Below, piece by piece: positions 1 through 8,819 of a stretch of DNA of 58,134 nt. The stretch's first letter is position 1, and each line of letters starts with the position of its first letter. This stretch comes from an uncultured Candidatus Saccharibacteria bacterium (lineage in GTDB: Bacteria; Patescibacteriota; Minisyncoccia; Phycocordibacterales; Phycocordibacteraceae): assembly GCA_964366435.1 (NCBI GenBank), contig CAYITJ010000001.1, positions 1 to 58,134 on the forward strand. The letters are read 5' to 3'. Position numbers and translations under genes: made by a program. The notes beneath the pieces were generated by a model. The model made no database searches. It was not told the origin of the DNA and saw only the letters and a list, made by a program, of their open reading frames with translations.

Positions 1-2
1 TT

Positions 3-1103
3 ATTGCTACGCGCGGCCCACGAATTGTGGACATGGTGACAGCGGCCGATGGAATTGATTACGAGACCACCCCCACAGTGTTGGAGGCGCTTGTGCGCGA
101 GGCGGCGCTTATTCGCAAACACGAGCCCAAAGCAAATGCGATGGGTAAGGACGACAAGACGTTTCTGTATGCGGTGATTACGGACGAGGAAATCCCCCGA
201 GTGCTCGCAGTGCGTGGCGGGGAAATAGACTTCGCAAAGAAAGTCACAAACGGGGTGAAGTTGAAGGCTATCCATGGCCCGTTCCCGTCTGGGTACCAGC
301 TGCGCCAGGGGCTAAAGCTGATTCGTAAGATTTTCCCCTTCTTTGATACTCCGCGACCGGTCGGCGAGGGTAACAAGCATACACGCGGCAAGGTGGAGTT
401 CAATCGCCAGATTGGACTCTATCCACGCGATATGGATAGCTCGTCATACGGGCGCTCTATTAGAAACGTCTCACTCTTTCTCTCGGGCAGAGTAAAGACA
501 CTGCGCGCCACGCTCACACGAGACATGAAGGAAGCTGCAAAGGAAGAGCGATTTGAAGACGCTGCCATTACCCGTAAACAGTTGTTTGCGCTCGACCACA
601 TTCAGGACGTGTCACTTATTCGTGATGAGCGCGAAGGGTCGGAGACCGGTCCGCGCATAGAAGCGTATGACACGGCGCATATTTCGGGGACCAATGCCAT
701 TGGCGTGATGGTGGTGGTAGAGGACGGTATGCCGCAGAAGAAGGAGTACCGCACCTTCCGTATTCGCGAACAGGGTGCAAAGTCTTTGAATGACGATATC
801 GCTTCGTTGAAGCAAATTTTGACTCGTCGTTTGGGTCACAATGAGTGGCCGCTTCCAAAAGCGTTTGTGGTGGACGGCGGCAAGACGCACAAGAAGGCCG
901 CAGAGGAAGTGCTTGCGAGTGTGGGGGTTGGAATCCCTGTGGTGGCGGTTGTAAAGGATGAGAAGCACCGCCCACGCGAAGTGCTCGGTTCTCTTCGGGC
1001 GGGGATTACGGACGCTGACGCAGTCCTGGCTAATAGCGAGGCGCACCGATTCTCCCTAGCCGCTCACCGCAAGGCCCGCAGCCGCGCAATGCGTGGGGGT
1101 TGA
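3..1103 (+). CDS. uvrC: excinuclease ABC subunit C (UvrC). The 5' end is cut by the window edge and no C-terminal (HhH)2 domain is present.
   Basis: The frame is open to the window start. It has the post-GIY-YIG motif ALVREAALIRKHEPKAN, a UVR-like segment KEERFEDAAITRKQL, and the endonuclease-domain motif IEAYDTAHISG..YRTFRI. Confidence 0.8.
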   Translation: MATRGPRIVDMVTAADGIDYETTPTVLEALVREAALIRKHEPKANAMGKDDKTFLYAVITDEEIPRVLAVRGGEIDFAKKVTNGVKLKAIHGPFPSGYQLRQGLKLIRKIFPFFDTPRPVGEGNKHTRGKVEFNRQIGLYPRDMDSSSYGRSIRNVSLFLSGRVKTLRATLTRDMKEAAKEERFEDAAITRKQLFALDHIQDVSLIRDEREGSETGPRIEAYDTAHISGTNAIGVMVVVEDGMPQKKEYRTFRIREQGAKSLNDDIASLKQILTRRLGHNEWPLPKAFVVDGGKTHKKAAEEVLASVGVGIPVVAVVKDEKHRPREVLGSLRAGITDADAVLANSEAHRFSLAAHRKARSRAMRGG

Positions 1104-1127
1104 CAACCTGCGCGGAAAGTGTATATT
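1100..1127 (+). promoter_or_regulatory. sigma70-like promoter (TTGACA-16 nt-TATATT)
   Basis: TTGACA lies at 1100-1105 and TATATT at 1122-1127, with TG immediately upstream. It overlaps the uvrC stop codon. Confidence 0.5.
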
Positions 1128-1130
1128 GGT

Positions 1131-1357
1131 ACAGTGCCGAAACCGAGCGACGCTCGGACGGCTCGACCGCGTAGGGCAGCCGCCTTCACTGGCCGCTGCC
1201 TGCGCCACGCCCCTCGATGGGGCAGAACCGACGTTGAAATGTCCTTGCAAACGGACACTGACAAAAGGGGAAGCGGATGACGTCCGAAGATTACTAGCAC
1301 CCATTGAAAGGTGCCGAGAAAAAGCGGGGCGGGATGAAGAAATCATCCCGCCTTTTT
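1131..1357 (+). ncRNA. unclassified small RNA candidate (~220 nt), bounded by a promoter and an intrinsic terminator
   Basis: It lies between the consensus promoter and the terminator. Several hairpins are visible: 1169-1205, 1209-1224 and 1298-1315. The only ORF (1093..1401) runs through the terminator and looks non-coding. Confidence 0.3.
1328..1357 (+). terminator. intrinsic terminator
   Basis: A 10-bp perfect stem, ggcgggatga/tcatcccgcc, has loop agaaa and is followed by TTTTT. Confidence 0.7.
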
Positions 1358-1401
1358 CTATTTCCTACATGTTCAGTCGCGGTACTTGCTTTTATATTTA
1401 A

Positions 1402-1815
1402 CGGGTGTAGATTTGCTCTTACGCCCGGCTGTGGAGAAATCCGTTAGGCAGGGCGTCGCTCGTGGGGCCGACATTAGAAGGCCCCGCACCTTGAACCAAC
1501 ATCGAACCTGGACGTAACTGCTCCCGTCAGGGAGCAGGAAACAGGAGGCGTAATGGCCAACAAGGATAATTAGCGCACGTAACTTGTGCACTCATCATCC
1601 AGAAAAGTCGCCTCTAGCAATGGCGCCAAAAGGGAGGAACTGAACATTCATATTTTTCGATTGCGTGGTGCGCGGGGAACGGCTTCGGCCAAGTAACTGC
1701 GCGCTCTGAAATGCGAAGCCTGTAATCAAACCGCCTGGGAGCAAAACTCGGTAGTCGAGACAAGGTCCGACTCACACCAGTACGGCTCGCAAGAGCTGGG
1801 CCTCAGACGCCTTGA
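1402..1815 (+). ncRNA. rnpB: RNase P RNA (bacterial type A-like, reduced). The ends are approximate.
   Basis: ggagaaatccgttaggcagggcg resembles GAGGAAAGUCCGGGC..AGGGCAGGG. aaaccgcctgggagcaaaactcggtag resembles ACCCCACCUGGAGCAAGGCCAAAUAGG. cagtacggctcg resembles ACAGAACCCGGCUUA. P1/P2-like pairings are ggtgt/acgcc and gctctt/aagagc. A -10 TATATT lies at 1393-1398. Confidence 0.7.
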
Positions 1816-1825
1816 TTAACAGCCA

Positions 1826-1860
1826 GGGGCGGAACGCTTGCGTTCCGCCCCTTTGCTTTA
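1826..1860 (+). terminator. intrinsic terminator after rnpB
   Basis: An 11-bp stem, ggggcggaacg/cgttccgcccc, has loop cttg and is followed by tttgcttt. Confidence 0.7.
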
Positions 1861-1884
1861 TGGGCGCCTGTTATACTCACTACT

Positions 1885-2850
1885 ATGAAAGGCACGGTAG
1901 TTGCAGTTCTTCGGGGCGGACCTTCACGCGAGCATGACGTATCGCTGAAGTCGGGCCACACCATACTCACCCACCTTCCACGCGAGCAGTTCATGCCGCG
2001 CGACATTTACATAGATAGACGGGGGGTTTGGCACGAGCGCGGTATCCCTACCACCCCCGAGCGAGTGCTGCGCGGCACTGACGTGGTTCTTCTCGGGCTC
2101 CATGGAGAGTATGGCGAAGATGGCGAGGTGCAGAAGCTCCTAGAGAGATTTGGTGTGCCGTATGCAGGAGCGAAGTCATTTGAATCATTTGTGGCGATGC
2201 ACAAAATGCTCTCTAAACAGAAGGCGATACACGCAGGTCTGCTCACTCCAAAATTTGCATACGTGGAAGAATCGTCCGATATTGCGCAGGTGGCGCGCGA
2301 AGTGAATCGTACTTTCTTGCAGCCGGTCATTGTAAAGCCAGTTCGCTGGGGTTCGTCGGTGGGCGTGTCGCTTGTGCATGGCTATGCGCCCCTAGAAGCA
2401 GCTGTGCGCAAGCTTATGGAAGAAGGGGCAGGTGGAGTACTCATTGAGGAAGTGATTCGCGGTACGGAGGCCACGGTGGGAGTCGTGGAAGGACTGCGTG
2501 GTGAAGCGCTGTACGGTCTGCCGCCGGTAGAAATCATTCCGCCGGAGAAGGACTTCTTCTCGTACGACGCAAAGTACTCGGGAAGCTCTCGCGAGATATG
2601 CCCAGCGCGATTGCCTCGCAACATCACTGACGAACTGATTCGTCACGCAAAGACTATGCACGGGGAATTGGGGCTTCGTCACTACTCCCGTTCGGATTTC
2701 ATCGTCTCCCCAAAGGGCATTTACTATCTGGAAACAAACACCCTGCCAGCATTTTCACAGGAGGCGCTATTTCCAAAGTCTCTGGCGGCAGTAGGGGTCA
2801 CTCTGCCCGATTTTTTCACCCACCTTGCGGGTCTAGCGCTCCACAAATAG
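1885..2850 (+). CDS. ddl: D-alanine--D-alanine ligase
   Basis: It has the N-terminal motif GGPSREHDVSLKSG and an ATP-grasp layout with length typical of Ddl. The ATG lies 7 nt after a TATACT, so the mRNA may be leaderless. Confidence 0.9.
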   Translation: MKGTVVAVLRGGPSREHDVSLKSGHTILTHLPREQFMPRDIYIDRRGVWHERGIPTTPERVLRGTDVVLLGLHGEYGEDGEVQKLLERFGVPYAGAKSFESFVAMHKMLSKQKAIHAGLLTPKFAYVEESSDIAQVAREVNRTFLQPVIVKPVRWGSSVGVSLVHGYAPLEAAVRKLMEEGAGGVLIEEVIRGTEATVGVVEGLRGEALYGLPPVEIIPPEKDFFSYDAKYSGSSREICPARLPRNITDELIRHAKTMHGELGLRHYSRSDFIVSPKGIYYLETNTLPAFSQEALFPKSLAAVGVTLPDFFTHLAGLALHK

Positions 2851-2990
2851 CTTGTGGTATAGTGTCCCTGTTCGAGTAAATGGGCTGTGCTCGGGATAAA
2901 ACTCGGGCTGTACCAGTTGCTTGCACTGGTACGATCCCTCACTCGATAAGAATACATACAAGCAGACTTGTAGTTATTCTTCTCTCGTTC

Positions 2991-3063
2991 GGGCCGTTAG
3001 CTCAGTTGGTAGAGCATCTCATTTGCAATGAGAGGGTCGCAGGTTCGAATCCTGTACGGTCCA
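2991..3063 (+). tRNA. tRNA-Ala (anticodon TGC)
   Basis: It folds as a 73-nt cloverleaf. The anticodon loop is tttgcaa, the G3:U70 Ala identity pair is present, the T-loop is ttcgaat, and no CCA is encoded. Confidence 0.95.
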
Positions 3064-4683
3064 CATTCGTTCACTTTTTGCCTCGAAAGAGGCAATTTGT
3101 GTATATTCTTCCTCACTATTTAGAGGTTCTAATATTCCCAAATCGCCATTTGCGACCCTAGGGTACTTTATTAGAACTTCTACAGGCGTCTCTACTTGGA
3201 AAGTAAGTACGCCCTGGTCCAAGACATGCTCGGTTCCAAGGGAGGCGATAATAGCTCTCCGCTTTTCAAAGCTGCCGTTCTTGAATTCCTTGCTTGCCTT
3301 CTCAGCAAAGGTTAGGAGTCTGTCAGCATCCTCTGTCCAGTCGAACGGGGTAATCACACCACCAGTCAGATAGGGCTTCAAAGCCTCTATTTGCTCCTCG
3401 TAGGACTTTTTCTTTTCGGTGAACATGGATATATCAACACGTCCAAGCATGTGTGCATCGACTAAGTTTCCGAGCATAAGCTGAAGCTCGTCATGTTTTG
3501 TTTGGTGAATGTTTTCGATAGCGGTCTTATCCAACTCCTCTCTATCGAACTCCTTTCGTACTTCCTTCATTGCCCAGGCATGGAACTCTGGTGATATCTG
3601 TATGGATGATAGAAAGTCCTGCATGGATTCTTCCAAACGATCCTCACGGACAGATTTCTGTTCGCAATTCTTGTCTACCTGACCAGTACAACGGTAGTAG
3701 GAGTAATTATGGATGTTTCCATTCTTTTGCTTCTTGGTCTTCTTCTCACAAGTTATACGCGCTCCACATCCACCGCAACGCATTAGTCCCATGTATGCAA
3801 ATTTCTGCTTCAATCGTTTTGGAGCATTCTTCTTGAGTATTTTCTGTATGGTCTGGTATTCATCAAAAGTGATGAGAGGCTTGTGGGTTCCTTTAATCCA
3901 AATCCTCTCCTGTTTACCGTTAGCATCCTTCTTGCTCACGGGATACTGAAACTTCCCGTAAAAGAAGGGATTCTGCAAAATCTTGTACCAGGCTGATTTG
4001 GTCAGCTTAAGCCCGCGAGGATTCTTCTCGGTAGGTCGTGTACGAAGTCCCCATTCTTCCGTAGCAATCTCCAAAACCTGCGGAGCGTTATGTGTTCCGG
4101 TAAGCATGCAGTCAATCATCTTTCGTATGATTGGAGAGCGTACAGGGTCAGGGTAAATAAACTCCTCTCCCTTATTACTGCCGTTGCTATTCAAATATCC
4201 TAGAGGGGCAGAGCCAGGTCGTCTTCCGCTTTCTGCTTTGGTTCGCATTCCTCGCGTGACATCTTTACTGAGGTTGAGACTGAACTGGTTCGACATGCCA
4301 AAGTGCATATATAGAAGGAGCATGTCGCTATCTGGGTAGTAGTCCCCATCGTCAGTCTTCAGGTGTTTTATGACTCCTTGTTGAAGCTTCCAAGTAATCC
4401 AACCACCATCAACAGGATTACGGGCAAGACGGTTAATCTTCCAACAGACGATGCCTTGAACATCACCAGATTCAATATCTCGTTTCATGTCCTCAAAGAA
4501 TGGCCTGCCTGGTATCTTGGCAGACTTCAACTCCTTATATGTCTTGGTGATGCGTAGTCCTTTCCCGATACGCTCAATTTCCTTGAGCTGGTCAGGAATT
4601 GAGTTCACCTGCTTGTCCTTGTCATCCGTAGACTTGCGAGCGTAGGCTACATATTTAATTTTGGATGTGTCTAATACTTGCAT
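3019..4683 (-). CDS. large serine recombinase (integrase)
   Basis: The catalytic region reads YARKSTDD and INRLARN. A recombinase domain (PLGY) and a zinc ribbon (CGGCGARITCEK..YYRC) follow. The last 15 codons are antisense to the tRNA-Ala 3' half. Confidence 0.9.
   Translation of the reverse strand: MQVLDTSKIKYVAYARKSTDDKDKQVNSIPDQLKEIERIGKGLRITKTYKELKSAKIPGRPFFEDMKRDIESGDVQGIVCWKINRLARNPVDGGWITWKLQQGVIKHLKTDDGDYYPDSDMLLLYMHFGMSNQFSLNLSKDVTRGMRTKAESGRRPGSAPLGYLNSNGSNKGEEFIYPDPVRSPIIRKMIDCMLTGTHNAPQVLEIATEEWGLRTRPTEKNPRGLKLTKSAWYKILQNPFFYGKFQYPVSKKDANGKQERIWIKGTHKPLITFDEYQTIQKILKKNAPKRLKQKFAYMGLMRCGGCGARITCEKKTKKQKNGNIHNYSYYRCTGQVDKNCEQKSVREDRLEESMQDFLSSIQISPEFHAWAMKEVRKEFDREELDKTAIENIHQTKHDELQLMLGNLVDAHMLGRVDISMFTEKKKSYEEQIEALKPYLTGGVITPFDWTEDADRLLTFAEKASKEFKNGSFEKRRAIIASLGTEHVLDQGVLTFQVETPVEVLIKYPRVANGDLGILEPLNSEEEYTQIASFEAKSERMWTVQDSNLRPSHCK
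3078..3098 (+). terminator. hairpin with GNRA loop downstream of the tRNA
   Basis: The hairpin ttgcctc-gaaa-gaggcaa is followed by TTT. It lies inside the 3' end of the recombinase ORF on the opposite strand. Confidence 0.4.
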
Positions 4684-4846
4684 AGGGTGATACGAGGTCG
4701 ATGTCAGATTCGAGAATGAGAGATTTAAGTTGGATTATTTCCTGTATGAGTTCCTCACGAGACAGGTTAGGCAGGTTCCCAATGTAGTCTGCTAGCTGTG
4801 CTTCTAGGGCAGTGATTCTATCCATGGGGCTTTGGTTGCTTGCCAA
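4655..4846 (-). CDS. hypothetical small protein upstream of the recombinase (possible accessory or directionality factor, speculative)
   Basis: The 63-aa ORF overlaps the recombinase start by 29 nt and has helical-looking sequence. No motif was recognised. Confidence 0.3.
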   Translation of the reverse strand: MASNQSPMDRITALEAQLADYIGNLPNLSREELIQEIIQLKSLILESDIDLVSPYASIRHIQN

Positions 4847-5006
4847 CCGTAATAGTCAGCTTTCCACGGGAGTACTTTACGAAGGCTACTTTTCCGTCCT
4901 GGAACTCACTCTTGAGCATGAGTTGATTCGCATACCAGAGTGGCTCGAACTTAGAGGGAATGTCAGTGAGCTTTTCACTCGATACCACCAATTTACGACG
5001 AGGCAT
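4818..5006 (-). CDS. hypothetical small protein
   Basis: The 62-aa ORF overlaps the next ORF by 29 nt. No motif was recognised. Confidence 0.25.
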   Translation of the reverse strand: MPRRKLVVSSEKLTDIPSKFEPLWYANQLMLKSEFQDGKVAFVKYSRGKLTITVGKQPKPHG

Positions 5007-5081
5007 ATTGGGAAAGTAATTCCATATATGTCAATCGTATTAGGCGTGCACGACATGTACATAGGTACTGCGGAGAAGTGT

Positions 5082-5572
5082 TTACAGCCAGACTTCCTCT
5101 TCAGGTCTCTTGCGACAATCATGCTCGCACTCGCAGCAAGACGGTTTCTCTCTACGACTAATGTTTAAGGAGAACTGGTTAGCCATACCGAAGTGGAGAT
5201 AGAGCATGAGCATGTCGGACTTAGGTGTGTAAGTACCATCCTCCGTAATGAGTTCCTCTATTACACCTTGCTGGAGTTTCCAAATAATCCACCCTCCATC
5301 TATTGGATTGCGAGCAAGTCTATTGATTTTCCAGACGATAATAGATTTAGCCTCCCCGTCTTCTATTGCTTTCTTCATCTCCTCGAAGCCAGGTCTCTCC
5401 ATTTTCTTTGCGCTGGCTGTATCGGAAAACGCGAGAGTTTCATCAACTTCGTACCCGTGCTTTTAGCGAGGGCTCGAATGATGTGGTTTTGTTCCGTCAT
5501 GCTTGCTTGCATGCCTTTGATGTCATCTTTCGAGACACGAGCGTAGAGTGCTACTTTTGGTTTAATGTTCAT
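5082..5572 (-). pseudogene. serine recombinase remnant (frameshifted and truncated paralog of 3019..4683)
   Basis: Two overlapping ORFs make it up. VALYARVSKDD is a resolvase N-terminus. SIIVWKINRLARNPIDGGWIIWKLQQGVI..LMLYLHFGMANQFSLN is near-collinear with the intact recombinase. The recombinase and zinc-ribbon domains are missing. Confidence 0.8.
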
Positions 5573-5576
5573 GATT

Positions 5577-5747
5577 TTAGGTGGTTAGTTTCTTAATGCG
5601 TTTATGATTCTTCTTACGGTAGACACTCAGGTAGAGGTTGAGGAGAGTTCGTGCTTTCCGTTCCAAGTCTTCTTGGGATAGGTCTTTACCAAACTCCCAT
5701 TTGTAGATGTCATGGAATTTAGCAAGACTCCTTTCACTGACAGCCAT
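5577..5747 (-). CDS. hypothetical 56-aa protein (below the ORF-track cutoff)
   Basis: Hand translation gives MAVSERSLAKFHDIYKWEFGKDLSQEDLERKARTLLNLYLSVYRKKNHKRIKKLTT. Its ATG overlaps the stop of the PrimPol gene (TAATG), suggesting coupling. Confidence 0.4.
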   Translation of the reverse strand: MAVSERSLAKFHDIYKWEFGKDLSQEDLERKARTLLNLYLSVYRKKNHKRIKKLTT

Positions 5748-7567
5748 TAGTAAGGTGGCTCAGTGTCGTCTTCAGTGAGTGAGGCAGGTTCGAGGTGGTA
5801 CTTGTTCTTCTTTCCCTCCTTCGTAATCGTTAAGGTTCCTTCTTTCACCATGTCCGAAAGTGCCTGTACGATATTGCGCGTTCCTATCTCCGCTTCGTCC
5901 TGGACGGCTTTAATAATCTCCTCCTTGGTGGAGTCGTCTTGTGAGAGAAAGGTGGTGATGAATGGCTTTGCTTCAGCCTTCTTCACGACGTACTCCTCAA
6001 TCGGCGCGTAGCGAAGTTCGATAAGACCCTTCTCAACATCCAAGTCTTGAGTGAGAACCATTTTGAACTTCGGCTGGCTTGGTCCTCGTCGGGACTTCAC
6101 ATGCTCGATTTCAATGTTCTGTACTGCGTGGGTGTTGTCTTTCTTCTCAACGGTGATGTGGGAATCAAGACGACCAGAGTAGGCAGAGGAACCGCGAAGG
6201 CTCTGTGCTCCTCCAGGAGCACCCATGGCACTCTTTCTGTGGTGATGGATGAAGAGCACTGTCGTCCCAGCAGCTACGAGTTTCTGCATGCCTTCGAGGA
6301 CTTTCTGTGCTCCTTCGGCAGAGTTCTCATCCTGGCTGTGAATTGCCGCGAACGGGTCAATCATGACAAGTCCTATCTCCTGCTCGCGAATAGTCTTGAG
6401 AAGAAGGTCGATATCCTTCTCGTTGTCGAGCTTGAATCCGTTGAGACAATAGAAGTAGATAGGGAGTTCAGCAGAATAGCCGAGTAGCTCCAAGCGGCGG
6501 CGTTGTTCCCATGCGCCCTGCTCCTCATCTACGATGAGTACTTTCCCTTGCTTCGTTCGGAAGTATCCGAGGAAGGATTCTCCCGTTGCTACTGACTTTG
6601 CAAGGTGGAGCATGAACCAGCTCTTTCCACTCCCAGGATGACCACTCAAAGCCGTAATGCCGTGTTCTGGTACGAGTCCATGAACAAGGAACTCTGGTCG
6701 TTCGGACTCAGGCAGATTCATGATTGCTGACATGGCTAGAAGGACACGAGGGGAGGAAGGTGTATCACCAACCTCCTTATCAAAATAGACAGTCCCTTCA
6801 TCCCCTTGGGCGTGTTGCTTCTGGGCGATTCCGCGAAAGATAGACATCACTTCATTCTCGGGAAGCGGCGGCTGGTTAGCAGACTCGTTCCAAGCATGAA
6901 GGAGAGGTAGGGCAACATCTTTCCAGTCTTTTCCTGGAAGGTGATGTAGGAGCTTTCCTGCGAGCTTCACTGCCGTATCGTGTCGCGTACCTTTGGTAGC
7001 TCCATCCAAGACTGCTTTCCAGTCGGTAGCTTCAAGGTCGTTCTTCTTACGATCATCTTCAATTTTGACGAGCCACTCTGGCATGGGAGCCAGTTCGGTT
7101 TCCAGTTCGAGAGGAGTAATCCACTCATAAGCTTTGCCTGTCGTGGGATGAATAGAAGGAGGTACTACGACGTAGCCTCCGTCTGCTTTCATGTCTCCAT
7201 GGATTCCAGAAGGAATGAGGCTTCCTGACTTAACGAAGTCCGTGTCCTTCGGGAAGTCGAAGAAATAGTGCCAGCCTCCGCTACCGGTACGGCTAACGGC
7301 TGTCGGCGGTATTTCAAAGCGGGTAGGGTCTTCGTCGTTCTCCAAGTCGAGAACGGCAAGTCCGTGGACGTATCCCGTGACCATTCCCAGTCCTGTGATT
7401 CGGTCTCCGTATGTGTTGAACCACTCCGTCATTTCCTCGGGCGTTGGGGCTTTGCCTTCCTGATACTCCTTCCAGGAAGGGATTACAGGAACCTTCCCGT
7501 TGAGAGGGATGACGGTTCGGCAGTCATCGAGGTAGCCGAGAGCTGCTTTAAGTAGCTCAGACTGCAT
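5747..7567 (-). CDS. bifunctional primase-polymerase (PrimPol) N-domain fused to a RecA/RepA-like P-loop ATPase (replication protein)
   Basis: PrimPol motifs are VIPLNGKVP, LAVLDLEN and RTGSGGWHYFF. The C-terminal part has Walker A GHPGSGKS and Walker B VLIVDEE. Confidence 0.85.
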   Translation of the reverse strand: MQSELLKAALGYLDDCRTVIPLNGKVPVIPSWKEYQEGKAPTPEEMTEWFNTYGDRITGLGMVTGYVHGLAVLDLENDEDPTRFEIPPTAVSRTGSGGWHYFFDFPKDTDFVKSGSLIPSGIHGDMKADGGYVVVPPSIHPTTGKAYEWITPLELETELAPMPEWLVKIEDDRKKNDLEATDWKAVLDGATKGTRHDTAVKLAGKLLHHLPGKDWKDVALPLLHAWNESANQPPLPENEVMSIFRGIAQKQHAQGDEGTVYFDKEVGDTPSSPRVLLAMSAIMNLPESERPEFLVHGLVPEHGITALSGHPGSGKSWFMLHLAKSVATGESFLGYFRTKQGKVLIVDEEQGAWEQRRRLELLGYSAELPIYFYCLNGFKLDNEKDIDLLLKTIREQEIGLVMIDPFAAIHSQDENSAEGAQKVLEGMQKLVAAGTTVLFIHHHRKSAMGAPGGAQSLRGSSAYSGRLDSHITVEKKDNTHAVQNIEIEHVKSRRGPSQPKFKMVLTQDLDVEKGLIELRYAPIEEYVVKKAEAKPFITTFLSQDDSTKEEIIKAVQDEAEIGTRNIVQALSDMVKEGTLTITKEGKKNKYHLEPASLTEDDTEPPY

Positions 7568-7796
7568 ATGCGGGAAGGTTTAGTATCTGGTCGGTCTCTT
7601 CGCTTATGCAGCCTCTAGCTTCAAAAGCCTGGCACTCCCTCATCCAAGCTGTGTACTTGGTCGGGTCGCGATAAAGTTCGTCTAGTTGTCTGGCAATGTA
7701 TGGTTCGTAGACCACGGTGTCGTTGCAAATATCATTCATACTTCGTTGGTTAATGAGTATGAGGAGAGAATGCAAAAACCGCTTCGGAGCGGTCAA
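7557..7796 (-). CDS. hypothetical small protein
   Basis: The 79-aa ORF overlaps the PrimPol start by 11 nt. An internal Met at residue 20 is an alternative start. Confidence 0.4.
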   Translation of the reverse strand: MTAPKRFLHSLLILINQRSMNDICNDTVVYEPYIARQLDELYRDPTKYTAWMRECQAFEARGCISEETDQILNLPAYAV

Positions 7797-7903
7797 AATA
7801 GCGATTATTTACAGAAAAATATCTGACGATTAAGCCAGAGAATGGCGGGACATTATGAGAGAGTGAGCTTAGAACAACTGTACGCGGTACAGAAAACGCT
7901 ACA

Positions 7904-8692
7904 TCATCCTTCTCGTACAGTGAGTAGTACTTTTCCGTCTTTCAGCGATAGGCTGATTCGTGCCTTCGATTCTGCTAGATATCGTTGTATATTTCCGACG
8001 ACATCACGGACTATATCTGCTGACTCTGCGAGTTTTTCAACTCGCGCGTCACGGCTGCTTATTAAGTCAGTCCTGTATGCGAAGTCCGCGAGGGCACGTC
8101 CATAGTTTCCCTCCTTGTCAGGATTTACGTCTCCTTTAACGAAGTGTTCACGGTCTTTCCAAAGTAGAGCGAAGATTTTGGCTGGACGCTCTTCGTCAAA
8201 TCGACGTGGCTTCAGTCCGAGAATAGAAATGGTGTTTGAGTCAAAGCTGAGCTTTTGACGACTCACAAACTGCGAAGACTGCTCAGGGTTATTTTTAGTG
8301 CAACTGACTTCACGAAGCTTCTTAAGCTTTTCGAGGTCAAGAACCTCAACAGGAAAAGATTTAAGGAAATCGAATCGTTCATTGGTCTCCAGATTGTGCA
8401 GATATCCCTGAGTTGCCTGAATAGAGTAGTTGGTCCCGTGTTTCTTCTCGTACTCCTGAAAGGTAGGGAAATGGGCGATTCCTTCCTCTTCCATGAAAGC
8501 TTTGAGGCTTTCTAAATTCAGTTCACTGTCGGAGGTATAGTCCTCCTTCTCCTCCCATGTCCTGACAAGAAACCAGGTTGAACTGGTCTGGATAGTAGGA
8601 TCGTCTATGTCCTCCTTCCTGTTTTGAATATCACGAAGATACCGACAGATGACAGGAGTGATTTTGAAAGGTGTTTTTCGTGTTTGTCCCAT
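7904..8692 (-). CDS. hypothetical protein
   Basis: This 262-aa ORF has coding-like composition. A terminator lies upstream and a promoter-like AT-rich region lies at 8693-8730. No motif was recognised. Confidence 0.6.
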   Translation of the reverse strand: MGQTRKTPFKITPVICRYLRDIQNRKEDIDDPTIQTSSTWFLVRTWEEKEDYTSDSELNLESLKAFMEEEGIAHFPTFQEYEKKHGTNYSIQATQGYLHNLETNERFDFLKSFPVEVLDLEKLKKLREVSCTKNNPEQSSQFVSRQKLSFDSNTISILGLKPRRFDEERPAKIFALLWKDREHFVKGDVNPDKEGNYGRALADFAYRTDLISSRDARVEKLAESADIVRDVVGNIQRYLAESKARISLSLKDGKVLLTVREG

Positions 8693-8728
8693 GCAATCGT
8701 ATACCTATAGTAATGCACGTTTGCACAG

Positions 8729-8752
8729 GAAAAACACCCTTCGTGAGGGTGT
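8729..8752 (-). terminator. intrinsic terminator for the 8820..9326 gene
   Basis: The minus strand reads acaccct-cacga-agggtgt followed by TTTT. Confidence 0.6.
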
Positions 8753-8819
8753 CTATCCGTGGGGGTAATAAGAAACCATATCCATACCCCTAATCGTGTC
8801 TTAGAGAGGAACGTAGGGA

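Noticed and set aside
1093-1401. A 102-aa ORF lies after uvrC.
   Set aside because: It starts inside the promoter, runs straight through a strong intrinsic terminator, and has Arg/Cys/Pro-rich composition. It is better explained as non-coding RNA or spacer.
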